Shown here in pieces: positions 37,467-45,781 of a stretch of 64,000 nucleotides of DNA. Below the pieces are notes generated by a model. The model was given only the letters and a program-made list of their open reading frames with translations. It was not told the DNA's origin and did no database searches. The position numbers were made by a program, and so were the translations under genes. The first letter of the stretch is position 1. Each line of letters begins with the position of its first letter. This stretch comes from Vicinamibacteria bacterium (GTDB lineage Bacteria; Acidobacteriota; Vicinamibacteria; Marinacidobacterales; Marinacidobacteraceae), in contig OY729431.1 in assembly GCA_963422395.1 (NCBI GenBank), positions 2,816,001-2,880,000 of the forward strand, in the 5' to 3' direction.

Positions 37467-38708
37467 ATGAGTCCAGCCATGTCCCGACGAGGTTTTCTGG
37501 GCGCTGCGGGAGCTTCCGCGGCTGTTTTCGCGGAGGCGAAGGCCAAAGGGTGGACCGGAGCGGAAATCGAGGCGCGCGCCGCGGCCCGCCCGGTCGCGGA
37601 GTACGGAATCTCCTTGTGGGATCTCGACACACCGGCGCTGGTCGTGGACCTCGACGCGCTCGATGCGAACCTCGCGGCGATGGCGCGGACCACCCGCGAG
37701 AACGGCATCGCGGCACGCCCGCACGCCAAGACCCACAAGTGCCCGGCGATCGCCCGGCTGCAGCTCGAAGCAGGGGCGGTGGGTCTGTCGGTGGCGAAGG
37801 TGAGCGAAGCGCAGGCGCTCTTCGATCACGGGATCGAACCGCTGCTGATGACCACCAGCAATGTGACGCCATTCAAGATCCGGCGGGCGATGGCGCTCCG
37901 CAAGCAGTGCCGCAGTTTCATCCAGGCCACCGACACCGAAGCCAACGCCAGAGACCTCTCGGCCGCCGCCGTGGAGGCCGGAGAGGCCGCCGAAGTGGTC
38001 GTGGATGTGGATCCCGGCGGGCACCGCACAGGCATCCCTCCGGGCGAGCCCGCGCTCCGGCTCGCCCGGCTGGTGGACCAGCTTCCCGGGCTCAAGCTGC
38101 GGGGGCTCCTCTGCTACGACGGCGGTTCGCAGCATGTGGCGGGGTTCGAGAAGCGGCAGGCGCAGACTCTCGAGCGGCTCGCCGCCGCCGCCGAAACCTG
38201 CGAGCGGATGCGCGCCGCCGGGCTCGACACCGGCATCTTCAGCGGGGGCGGAACCGGCACCTACAACATCGACCACCAGACGCCGGGGCTCACCGATGTG
38301 CAAGTCGGAAGCTATGTCTTCATGGACGCGCAGTATCTGGCCATCGGCGGCAAGACCGACCCCCAGGTCTATTCCGATTTCACCCCCTCGCTGACCATTC
38401 TGACCACCGTCCTGAACGCCCGGTACGAGGGCCGCGCCACCACCGACGCCGGCGCCAAGGCATGCACCATCAACAGACCGTGGGCGATCGTGAAAGGGGA
38501 GACCGGCATGCGCTACACCTCGGGATCCGACGAGTTCGGCACGATCCGCTACGAGGACCCGAGCCGCACCTATGAAGTCGGGGACAAGCTCGAGCTCATC
38601 GTCTCCCACTGCGACCCGGTGGTGAACCTCCATGACCGCATGTATGCCGTGCGCGACGGAATCGTGGAGGCCGTCTGGCCGATCGCCGCCCGCGGGTTGT
38701 CGGGTTGA
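37467..38708 (+). CDS. DSD1/D-threonine-aldolase family fold-type III PLP enzyme with a Tat signal
   Basis: SRRGFLG twin-arginine motif; LDTPALVVD, RPHAKTHKC, SGGGTGT and SHCDPVVNLHD motifs. Confidence 0.9.
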   Translation: MSPAMSRRGFLGAAGASAAVFAEAKAKGWTGAEIEARAAARPVAEYGISLWDLDTPALVVDLDALDANLAAMARTTRENGIAARPHAKTHKCPAIARLQLEAGAVGLSVAKVSEAQALFDHGIEPLLMTTSNVTPFKIRRAMALRKQCRSFIQATDTEANARDLSAAAVEAGEAAEVVVDVDPGGHRTGIPPGEPALRLARLVDQLPGLKLRGLLCYDGGSQHVAGFEKRQAQTLERLAAAAETCERMRAAGLDTGIFSGGGTGTYNIDHQTPGLTDVQVGSYVFMDAQYLAIGGKTDPQVYSDFTPSLTILTTVLNARYEGRATTDAGAKACTINRPWAIVKGETGMRYTSGSDEFGTIRYEDPSRTYEVGDKLELIVSHCDPVVNLHDRMYAVRDGIVEAVWPIAARGLSG

Positions 38709-38726
38709 TCCGTTCGGGGGCAGGCC

Positions 38727-38810
38727 GGAACGCCCTGCCCCGAACCGCCCGGCGCTGCGGCGCGCCCGAACCGTAACCTCGGGCGCAACAGATCTTTTTA
38801 CGGGCCGCGG
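38727..38810. repeat. degenerate monomer of the 42631-43594 repeat family
   Basis: GGAACGCCCTGCCCCGAACCGCCCGGCGCT followed by CGCGCCCGAACC...CTCGGGCGCAACAGATCTTTTTACGGGCC; both parts match the tandem unit. Confidence 0.8.
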
Positions 38811-38815
38811 GCAGC

Positions 38816-39424
38816 TCAGCTTTCGAGCAGCGCGGTGATCAGCCAGGCGGCGATCGGCTTGCCGAACGCACCCGCCGCCAACAGCAGAGCGCCCGCCGCT
38901 CCCCAGGCGAGCCGGCGGGTCCACGAACTGCGCTCCCGCAGTGCGGCGAGGGAAACCGCCAGATCGCCGATGGCGTCCAGGAGGTGCTGGAACTTCTCAT
39001 CGATTCCCTGGAACTTCTCCTCTGCCCATTTCCGGTCGGTCTCACGCGCCGCAGCCGCCTCCTGCCGGTCGGCCTCACATGCCGCGGCCGCCTCCTTCCG
39101 GTCGGTCTCACGCGCCGCGGCCGCTTCCTTCCGGTCGGCCCGCGCCTCCCCGCGGATATCCCGGATGTCCCCGCGGATCTCTCGGATGTCCCCGCGAATC
39201 CCGGCCAGCTCCCGCAGCACCGGGGCCTGATCTCCCCCGAGTCCTCCGAGAGCAGCCTGCTCCGGAGGTCGGGCAGCCGCCTCTTCGACTCCGCTCATCG
39301 GCGCCCTCCCCACATCCCGGGAGCGAGTGTAGGGGGGCGCTATCGGCTCCGCAACACCTCTCGTCGTGCCGCTCACAGCGGTCGCCGCCGCGGCCAAGCG
39401 GGTCTGCTTCGGGTTCGGGGACAT
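38816..39424 (-). CDS. hypothetical coiled-coil repeat protein with a C-terminal TM anchor
   Basis: AAGGAG RBS upstream of ATG 39424; IRGD and (A/T)DR(K/Q)EAAAA repeats; hydrophobic C-terminus. Confidence 0.75.
   Translation of the reverse strand: MSPNPKQTRLAAAATAVSGTTRGVAEPIAPPYTRSRDVGRAPMSGVEEAAARPPEQAALGGLGGDQAPVLRELAGIRGDIREIRGDIRDIRGEARADRKEAAAARETDRKEAAAACEADRQEAAAARETDRKWAEEKFQGIDEKFQHLLDAIGDLAVSLAALRERSSWTRRLAWGAAGALLLAAGAFGKPIAAWLITALLES
39030..39200. repeat. intragenic tandem repeats (33 bp x ~3.3 and 21 bp x ~2.5)
   Basis: CCGGTCGG(T/C)CTCAC..GCCGC.GCCGC.TCCT units and CCCCGCGGAT.TC.CGGATGT units. Confidence 0.85.
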
Positions 39425-39462
39425 GGGAGGGTTCTCCTTTTTCGGACCGGGGGGGCGTGCGG

Positions 39463-39563
39463 CGATTCGACGCGCTCCCCATTCCTGTAGACGGAATTCC
39501 GATCGTTTTCTTCCCACGCTAGTCCGAGCCGGAGCTTCGGGCGCAACCGATGTTTTTCTGGCC
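39463..39563. repeat. degenerate monomer of the 42631-43594 repeat family
   Basis: CGATTCGA...CCATTCCTGTAGACGG...TTCCCACGCT...CTTCGGGCGCAACCGATGTTTTTCTGGCC, collinear with the second half of the unit. Confidence 0.7.
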
Positions 39564-39681
39564 GCCGACGGGAGCCGGCTCATCTCTCGGTCCAGGTGGT
39601 CTGGGGGCTGCGCCCACCGGGGGAGGGTTTTCGCCGGCTCGGGGGTCGGTAGGCTTGCCCGGTAGGGGAGTCGGGCGGACG

Positions 39682-42609
39682 GTGGAGGAGGCATCGCCGT
39701 TCCTCCGGCGGAAGTTGATCGAGGTGGCCCTGCCCCTCGACGCCATCAACGAAGCGGCGGCGCACGAGAAGATGCCGGGGATCGGAGCGCATCCCCGCGG
39801 TCTCCACCAATGGTGGGCGCGGCGCCCGCTGTCGGCCGCACGTGCCGTCCTCTTCGCCCAACTGGTGGACGACCCGGCGGACTGGCCGGAGCGCTTCCCC
39901 ACCAAAACCGAGCAGAACGCCGAGCGCGAGCGGCTGTTCGGCATCCTCCGGAAACTGGTCCAATGGAAGAACACCACCGACGAGGGAGTGCTGGAAGCGG
40001 CGCGCGCGGAAATCCGGGAGTCCTGGCGGCGGAACCGCGCCGAGAGTGCGCAAGGGGAGGAACTGCCCCCTTTCTTCGACCCCTTCGCCGGCGGTGGGGC
40101 GATCCCCCTCGAAGCCCAGCGCCTCGGCCTCGCCGCCCGAGCCGCCGACCTCAACCCGGTGGCGGTACTCATCACGAAGACGATGATCGAGATCCCTCCC
40201 CGCTTCGCCGGAACGCCTCCGGTGAACCCCGACTGGCAGCAGCGAAGCGGACAGCAGACCACCCCCCGATCCTTCCCCGGCGCTTCCGGACTCGCCGCCG
40301 ATGTCCGCTTCTACGGAGCCTGGATGCGCGATGAGGCCCGGCGCCGCCTCGGACACCTCTACCCCGAAGCCCGCATCTCCCCCGAACTCCTGCAGGGGCG
40401 CCCCGACCTCGCCCGCTACGCCGGAGCAACCGCGAAAGGCCCGGGAAAGGAGAGGGGAACGGAGGGCGGTCGGGAGCTGCCGGTGATCGCCTGGCTCTGG
40501 GCGCGTACGGTGAAAAGCCCCAACCCCGCCTTCGCCGAAGTCGAAGTCCCCCTCGTCTCCTCCTTCCTCCTCTCCTCGAAGAAGAAGGGGAAACAGGCCT
40601 GGGTCGAACCGGAGGTTTCCGGGCGCGAATACCGCTTCGAGGTGCGGACCGGGAGCCCGCCCGAGACGGAAACGGTGAAGCGGGGAACGAAGCTCGGGCG
40701 GGGGGCGAACTTCCGCTGCCTGGTGTCGGGGGTGCCGATCCCGCCGGAATACATCAAGGCCGAGGGGAAGGCGGGGAGGCTGGGGGTCAGACTGATGGCG
40801 GTGGTGGCGGCGGGCGACCGGGAGCGGGTGTACCTGCCGCCGACCCCGGAACACGAAGCGGCAGCGCTGCGGGCTCGCCCGGCCTGGAAACCGCATGGGG
40901 AGGTGCCGCCGAGACTCACTGGTGGGACCTGTGTTCCTTATGGCATGAAGGAGTGGGGCGATCTGTTCACGGAGCGGCAGCTGGCGGCGCTGACCACCTT
41001 TTCGGACCTGGTGGCCGAGGCGCGGGTGCGGATGCGCGAAGACGCCCTCGCCGCCAGCCTGACCGAGGACGGGCTCCCCTTGCGGGAGGGCGGAAGCGGC
41101 CCCCGCGCCTACGCCGACGCCGTCTCCGTCTATCTCGCCTTCGCACTGGACCGGTGCGCCGATTTCTCGAACTCGTGTACTCGCTGGGTTCCCGGAAATC
41201 AGAAGGTCATGAATCTGTTCGGCAAGCAGGCGATCCCGATGACCTGGGATTTCCCCGAAGCGGCGATCCTCCACGACACGGTCGGCGGATTCGCGCCGGC
41301 CACCCGCTTCATCGCCGATTGCCTGGCTCTCCTCCCGAGCAAACCATCGGTCGGAACCGCGGAACAGCGCGACGCAGCAGCGCCCCCTTCGCCCGAGGAC
41401 CGGATCGTTTCGACGGACCCGCCCTACTACGACAATGTGGCGTATGCCGACCTGTCGGACTTCTTCTATGTCTGGCTGCGGCGGACGCTGCGCCCGGTGT
41501 TCCCCGAGCTCTTCGCCACCCTGGCGACCCCGAAGGACGAGGAGCTGGTGGCCGCACCGCACCGGCACGGGGGGAGAACGGGGACGGAGGCATTCTTCCT
41601 GGACGGGATGCGGCGCGCCCTGGAACGCCTCGCGGAACAGGCGCACCCAGCCTTCCCGGTCACCCTCTACTACGCCTTCAAGCAGGCGGAGACGAAGGGG
41701 GAGGGGGCAACGGTGCGGACCGGCTGGGAGACCTTCCTGGAGGCGGTGATCGGCGCCGGCTTTTCGATCACCGGCACCTGGCCGATCCGCACCGAACAGA
41801 AACATCGGATGGTGGGGATGGGGACGAACGCGCTGGCGTCTTCGGTGGTGCTGGCCTGCCGACGGCGGCCCGCCGGGACCGCTCCGGCGACCCGGCGGCA
41901 GTTCGCGGCGGCGCTGCGCCGGGAACTGCCGGAGGCGCTCGCGCCGCTGCGGCGGGCGCACATCGCCCCGGTGGACCTGGCGCAGGCGGCGATCGGGCCG
42001 GGGATGGCGATCTTCACCCGGACCCCGCAGGTGCTGGAGGCGGGGGGGAGGCCGGTGGCGGTCGGGGAGGCGCTCGCGCAGATCAACGAGGTGCTGGGCG
42101 AGACGCTTTCGGAGCTCACGGGGGAGTACGACGCGGAGACGCGCTGGGCGGCGGAGTGGTATGAGCAGTATGGGTTCGGAACGGGGGAGTACGGGGAAGC
42201 GGAGACGCTGTCGAAGGCGAGGAACACCAGCGTTTCGGGACTGGTGGAGGCGGGGATCGTGCGTTCGGGAGGGGGGCGGGTGCGGCTGTTGCGCCCGGAG
42301 GAGCTGGGGGAGAGTCGGGAGCGGGGGGAGGCATGGGCGCCGGAGGGGGAGGGGCGGTTGACGGGGTGGAGGGTGGCGCACGAGCTGGTGCGGGTACGGG
42401 AGCAGGGGGAGGTGGCAGCGGGCCGGCTGCTGCGTCGGCTGACGGGACGGGTGGAGGGGGTGCGGGAGCTGTTGTATGGGCTGCACGCGGCGGCGGAGCG
42501 GAGGGGTCGAGCGGGGGAGGCGTTCGCCTACGACGCGCTGGTGCGTTCCTGGCCGGAGATCGAGCGGCTGGCCCGCGAAAACCCCCGAGAACCGAAACCC
42601 CTCCTCTGA
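39682..42609 (+). CDS. DUF1156-domain adenine-specific DNA methyltransferase
   Basis: KLIEVALPL, LHQWWARRPL, DPFAGGGAIPLEAQRLG, STDPPYYDNV and NALASSVVLACR motifs; start approximate. Confidence 0.92.
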   Translation: MEEASPFLRRKLIEVALPLDAINEAAAHEKMPGIGAHPRGLHQWWARRPLSAARAVLFAQLVDDPADWPERFPTKTEQNAERERLFGILRKLVQWKNTTDEGVLEAARAEIRESWRRNRAESAQGEELPPFFDPFAGGGAIPLEAQRLGLAARAADLNPVAVLITKTMIEIPPRFAGTPPVNPDWQQRSGQQTTPRSFPGASGLAADVRFYGAWMRDEARRRLGHLYPEARISPELLQGRPDLARYAGATAKGPGKERGTEGGRELPVIAWLWARTVKSPNPAFAEVEVPLVSSFLLSSKKKGKQAWVEPEVSGREYRFEVRTGSPPETETVKRGTKLGRGANFRCLVSGVPIPPEYIKAEGKAGRLGVRLMAVVAAGDRERVYLPPTPEHEAAALRARPAWKPHGEVPPRLTGGTCVPYGMKEWGDLFTERQLAALTTFSDLVAEARVRMREDALAASLTEDGLPLREGGSGPRAYADAVSVYLAFALDRCADFSNSCTRWVPGNQKVMNLFGKQAIPMTWDFPEAAILHDTVGGFAPATRFIADCLALLPSKPSVGTAEQRDAAAPPSPEDRIVSTDPPYYDNVAYADLSDFFYVWLRRTLRPVFPELFATLATPKDEELVAAPHRHGGRTGTEAFFLDGMRRALERLAEQAHPAFPVTLYYAFKQAETKGEGATVRTGWETFLEAVIGAGFSITGTWPIRTEQKHRMVGMGTNALASSVVLACRRRPAGTAPATRRQFAAALRRELPEALAPLRRAHIAPVDLAQAAIGPGMAIFTRTPQVLEAGGRPVAVGEALAQINEVLGETLSELTGEYDAETRWAAEWYEQYGFGTGEYGEAETLSKARNTSVSGLVEAGIVRSGGGRVRLLRPEELGESRERGEAWAPEGEGRLTGWRVAHELVRVREQGEVAAGRLLRRLTGRVEGVRELLYGLHAAAERRGRAGEAFAYDALVRSWPEIERLARENPREPKPLL

Positions 42610-42630
42610 TCCCGAGCGGTCCGGGAGCGG

Positions 42631-43594
42631 GGCGTGAAGTCGGGTCGCGTTTCGGACCTTCGTGGGAGGAGTGGAACGCCCCGCCCCCGAACCGCCCGGC
42701 GCTCCGCGCCGCGAATCGCACTCCTGCCGCACAACGAGTTCCCCACACCCCGTCGCGCCCAAGCTGAACGGGGCGGCAGCGAGTCCGATTCGAAGCCACC
42801 ATCCTGTGAACGGGGGTGAAACCCCCTTTCACACTTTCCCCCGCTCCGACGCGCCCGAGCCACAGCCTCAGGCGCAACAAGTGTTTTTCGGACCACGGTC
42901 AGGAGTCGCAGCTCTCTCGGGCGGGGCGTCAAGTCGGGTCTCGTTTCGGACCTTCGTGGGAGGAGTGGAACGCCCCGCTCCCGAACCGCCCGGCGCTCCG
43001 CGCCGCGAATCGCACTCCTGCCGCACAACGAGTTCCCCACACCCCGTCGCGTCCAAGCTGAACCGGGGCGGCAGCGAGTCCGATTCGAAGTCACCATCCT
43101 GTGAACGGGGGTAAAACCCCCTTTCACACTTTCCCCCGCTCCGACGCGCCCGAACCACAGCCTCGGGCGCAACAAGTGTTTTTCGGGCCACGGTCGGGGG
43201 TCGCCGCTCTCTCAGGAAGGCGTGAAGTCGGGTCGCGTTTCGGACCTTCGTGGGAAGAGTGGAACGCCCCCCTCCCGAACCGCCCGGCGCTCCGCGCCGC
43301 GAATCGCACTCCTGCCGCACAACGAGTTCCCCACACCCCGTCGCGTCCAAGCTGAACCGGGGCGGCAGCGAGTCCGATTCGAAGTCACCATCCTGTGAAC
43401 GGGGGTAAAACCCCCTTTCACACTTTCCCCCGCTCCGACGCGCCCGAACCACAGCCTCGGGCGCAACAAGTGTTTTTCGGGCCACGGTCGGGGGTCGCCG
43501 CTCTCTCAGGAAGGCGTGAAGTCGGGTCGCGTTTCGGACCTTCGTGGGAAGAGTGGAACGCCCCCCTCCCGAACCGCCCGGCGCTCCGCGCCGC
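42631..43594. repeat. tandem array of 294-bp units (x3.3), each with an internal hairpin
   Basis: Units start at 42631, 42925, 43219 and 43513; each full unit carries GTGAAC-GGGGGT(G/A)AAACCCCC-TTTCAC. Confidence 0.95.
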
Positions 43595-43619
43595 CCCGAT
43601 CTTTCCGCGGTACAGGCTG

Positions 43620-45731
43620 CTACGCCGGGGTGAGGCCGGCGTAACGGACCACCAGCCGGCGCCGCCCGTGGAAGCGGAAGTTGACCGACAGACGCTCGCC
43701 GTCCCGATCCACCGATTCCACGAAACCGACGCCCAACTTCGGATGACGCACGCGCTGTCCCTTCCGGAACGCTCCGGCGGCCGCGGCCGGTTCCCCGGCG
43801 AGGGCCGGGGCATCGGCGGGCGCAGCGGCCAGCCGCTGCGAGGGAATCTCCTGGAGGAACCGCGAGGGCCGCCCCCGATCCCGGTCCCGGGCGAAGAAGA
43901 CCGCTCCGGGGGCAGCGGAGAGCAGCAGCCGTTTCTTCGCCCGGGTCATCCCGACATAGAAGAGGCGTCTTTCCTCCTCGATGCCCGCCTCCGAATCGAG
44001 CGACAGCCAGTGCGGGAAGAGCCCCTCCCAAAGGCCGGCGAGGAACACCGAATCGAACTCCAGCCCCTTGGCGGCGTGGACGGTCATCACCAGCACCGGC
44101 GGCGCCGCCGTTTCGCCCTCGGAATCGGGGATCAGGTCCTCGGCAGAGAGCAGGCTCACCTGGTCGAGAAAACCGGAGACCGCTCCGCCGGAGTTCGACC
44201 GCTCGTATTCACCGGCTGCGGTACGCAGTGACGCCAGGTTCTCCAGACGCTCGCGCCCGTCCGCCTCCAGACGGGCGCCGAGCCCGGTGTCCTCGATCGC
44301 GGATCCCACCGCGGCCTCGGGCCCTTGTGAAACCGCCCGCTCCACCCTCGCGACTCCGTCGAGAAAACCGCGAAGCCCGCTGCGGATGCTGCCGCGGAAG
44401 CTGCCGTCGCCATGCATCTTCCGCGCCGCTGCCAGCAGCGGCAGGCCGGCATCGGCGGCCCGCTCCTCGATGCGGCGGCGGGACTGCTGGCCGAAACCCC
44501 GCGGGATCGCGCCGAGGGCGCGGAGGAACGCCGAATCGTCCCGTTCGTTCATCGCCAACCGGACGAAGGCCAGCGCGTCGAGGACTTCCCGCCGCTCGTA
44601 GAAGCGCAGACCGCCGACCACCGCGTGGGGAATCCGATGGGCGACGAAAGCTTCCTCGAAGGCCCGCGTCTGGGCACGGGTCCGGACCAGCACCGCCGTC
44701 GAGCCGCGGGCCGAGCCCTCGCGGGCGATCTCGAAGGCGGCCGCCTGTGCTTCCGGCGCCGGGGCGCGGTAGGTGCGCAAGTGCACCGGCTCTCCCTTTG
44801 CACCCGTCGGCCGCAACTGCTTGCCCTCACGCCTCCGGTTCTGGCGGATCAGCGCGTTCGAGGCCTCGAGAATGGCTGCCGTGGAGCGGTAGTTGTCCTC
44901 GAGCCGGAACACCCGAGCCCCGGGAAAGTCGTCGCGGAACGAGAGCATGTTCCGGAAATCCGCGCCCCGGAAGGAGTAGATGGACTGGTCGTCGTCGCCG
45001 ACCGCGAAGACATCCCGGTGGGGAGCGAGGCGGCGCAGCAGACGGAGCTGGATCGGGCTGGTGTCCTGGTATTCGTCCACCAGCAGGTGGCGCACCCGCC
45101 GGTCGACGAAGGAGCGGGCCTTTTCGGAAGCTCCGAGCAATTCGAAGGCGCGGATCTGGAGATCGTCGAGGTCCACCGCGCTCTGCCGGTCGAGCTCGAT
45201 CTGGTAGCGGCGGGCGACCTCGCGTCCCATCCCGCGGAACGACGGGTCCTCCGGCCGCCGAAAGGCGCTTCCCCCCGCTTCGGCGTTTTTGAGCCGCGAG
45301 ACCTGTCCTGCCAGCCGGCGCAGCAGGCGCTGCTCCAATTCGATCTCCCGCTCGCGGGCGATCTCGCGGGCGATCTTGGCGACGAGCGCCCGACTTTCGT
45401 CGGCGCCGAACACCGGGAAGCCGGCAGACAATCCGATGTCGCTGCCGAAACGCCGCAGGAGTGCGAGACCGAACGCGTGAAAGGTGGAAAGCCAGAGCCC
45501 CGGCACCCCGACGCCGGCGGCGGTACTCAGCTGCTCGACCCGCGTGCGCATCTCTTTCGCCGCCTTGTTCGTGAAGGTGACGGCGAGGATGGAATTCGGC
45601 GGCGCGCCGTGCTCGACGATCCTCCAGGCGATCCGGTGGGTGATCACCCGCGTCTTTCCCGACCCGGCGCCGGCGAAGACCAGCGTAGGACCGCCCGGAC
45701 AGCGAACCGCCTCGCGCTGCGATGGGTTCAT
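43620..45731 (-). CDS. uvrD: UvrD/PcrA ATP-dependent DNA helicase
   Basis: AGAGSGKT, TFTNKAA, VDEYQDT, VGDDDQSIY, TVHAAKGLEF and EEERRLFYVGMTRA motifs. Confidence 0.95.
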   Translation of the reverse strand: MNPSQREAVRCPGGPTLVFAGAGSGKTRVITHRIAWRIVEHGAPPNSILAVTFTNKAAKEMRTRVEQLSTAAGVGVPGLWLSTFHAFGLALLRRFGSDIGLSAGFPVFGADESRALVAKIAREIAREREIELEQRLLRRLAGQVSRLKNAEAGGSAFRRPEDPSFRGMGREVARRYQIELDRQSAVDLDDLQIRAFELLGASEKARSFVDRRVRHLLVDEYQDTSPIQLRLLRRLAPHRDVFAVGDDDQSIYSFRGADFRNMLSFRDDFPGARVFRLEDNYRSTAAILEASNALIRQNRRREGKQLRPTGAKGEPVHLRTYRAPAPEAQAAAFEIAREGSARGSTAVLVRTRAQTRAFEEAFVAHRIPHAVVGGLRFYERREVLDALAFVRLAMNERDDSAFLRALGAIPRGFGQQSRRRIEERAADAGLPLLAAARKMHGDGSFRGSIRSGLRGFLDGVARVERAVSQGPEAAVGSAIEDTGLGARLEADGRERLENLASLRTAAGEYERSNSGGAVSGFLDQVSLLSAEDLIPDSEGETAAPPVLVMTVHAAKGLEFDSVFLAGLWEGLFPHWLSLDSEAGIEEERRLFYVGMTRAKKRLLLSAAPGAVFFARDRDRGRPSRFLQEIPSQRLAAAPADAPALAGEPAAAAGAFRKGQRVRHPKLGVGFVESVDRDGERLSVNFRFHGRRRLVVRYAGLTPA

Positions 45732-45781
45732 GCCGTCGAGGACGGAATGCGACTCCCGGCCTGCGGACGAAGAACGATCGG

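Noticed and set aside
39580-42762. 1060-aa minus-strand ORF
   Set aside because: Antisense shadow of the DUF1156 gene; Pro/Arg/Leu-rich with no domain motifs.
42631-43594. CRISPR array
   Set aside because: Units are 294 bp and near-identical along their whole length, with no unique spacers and no cas genes.
38727-43594. Integron attC or Xer dif/pdif sites
   Set aside because: The core reads GTTGCGC on the minus strand, not GTTRRRY. There are no paired R''/R' boxes enclosing a long palindrome, no XerD-arm TTATGTTAA match and no intI gene.
42528-44231. ORFs spanning the tandem array (e.g. 42868-44031, 42528-43175, 43395-44231)
   Set aside because: They stay open because the period is a multiple of 3 and GC is high. 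They overlap uvrD or DUF1156, lack an RBS and have non-protein-like composition.
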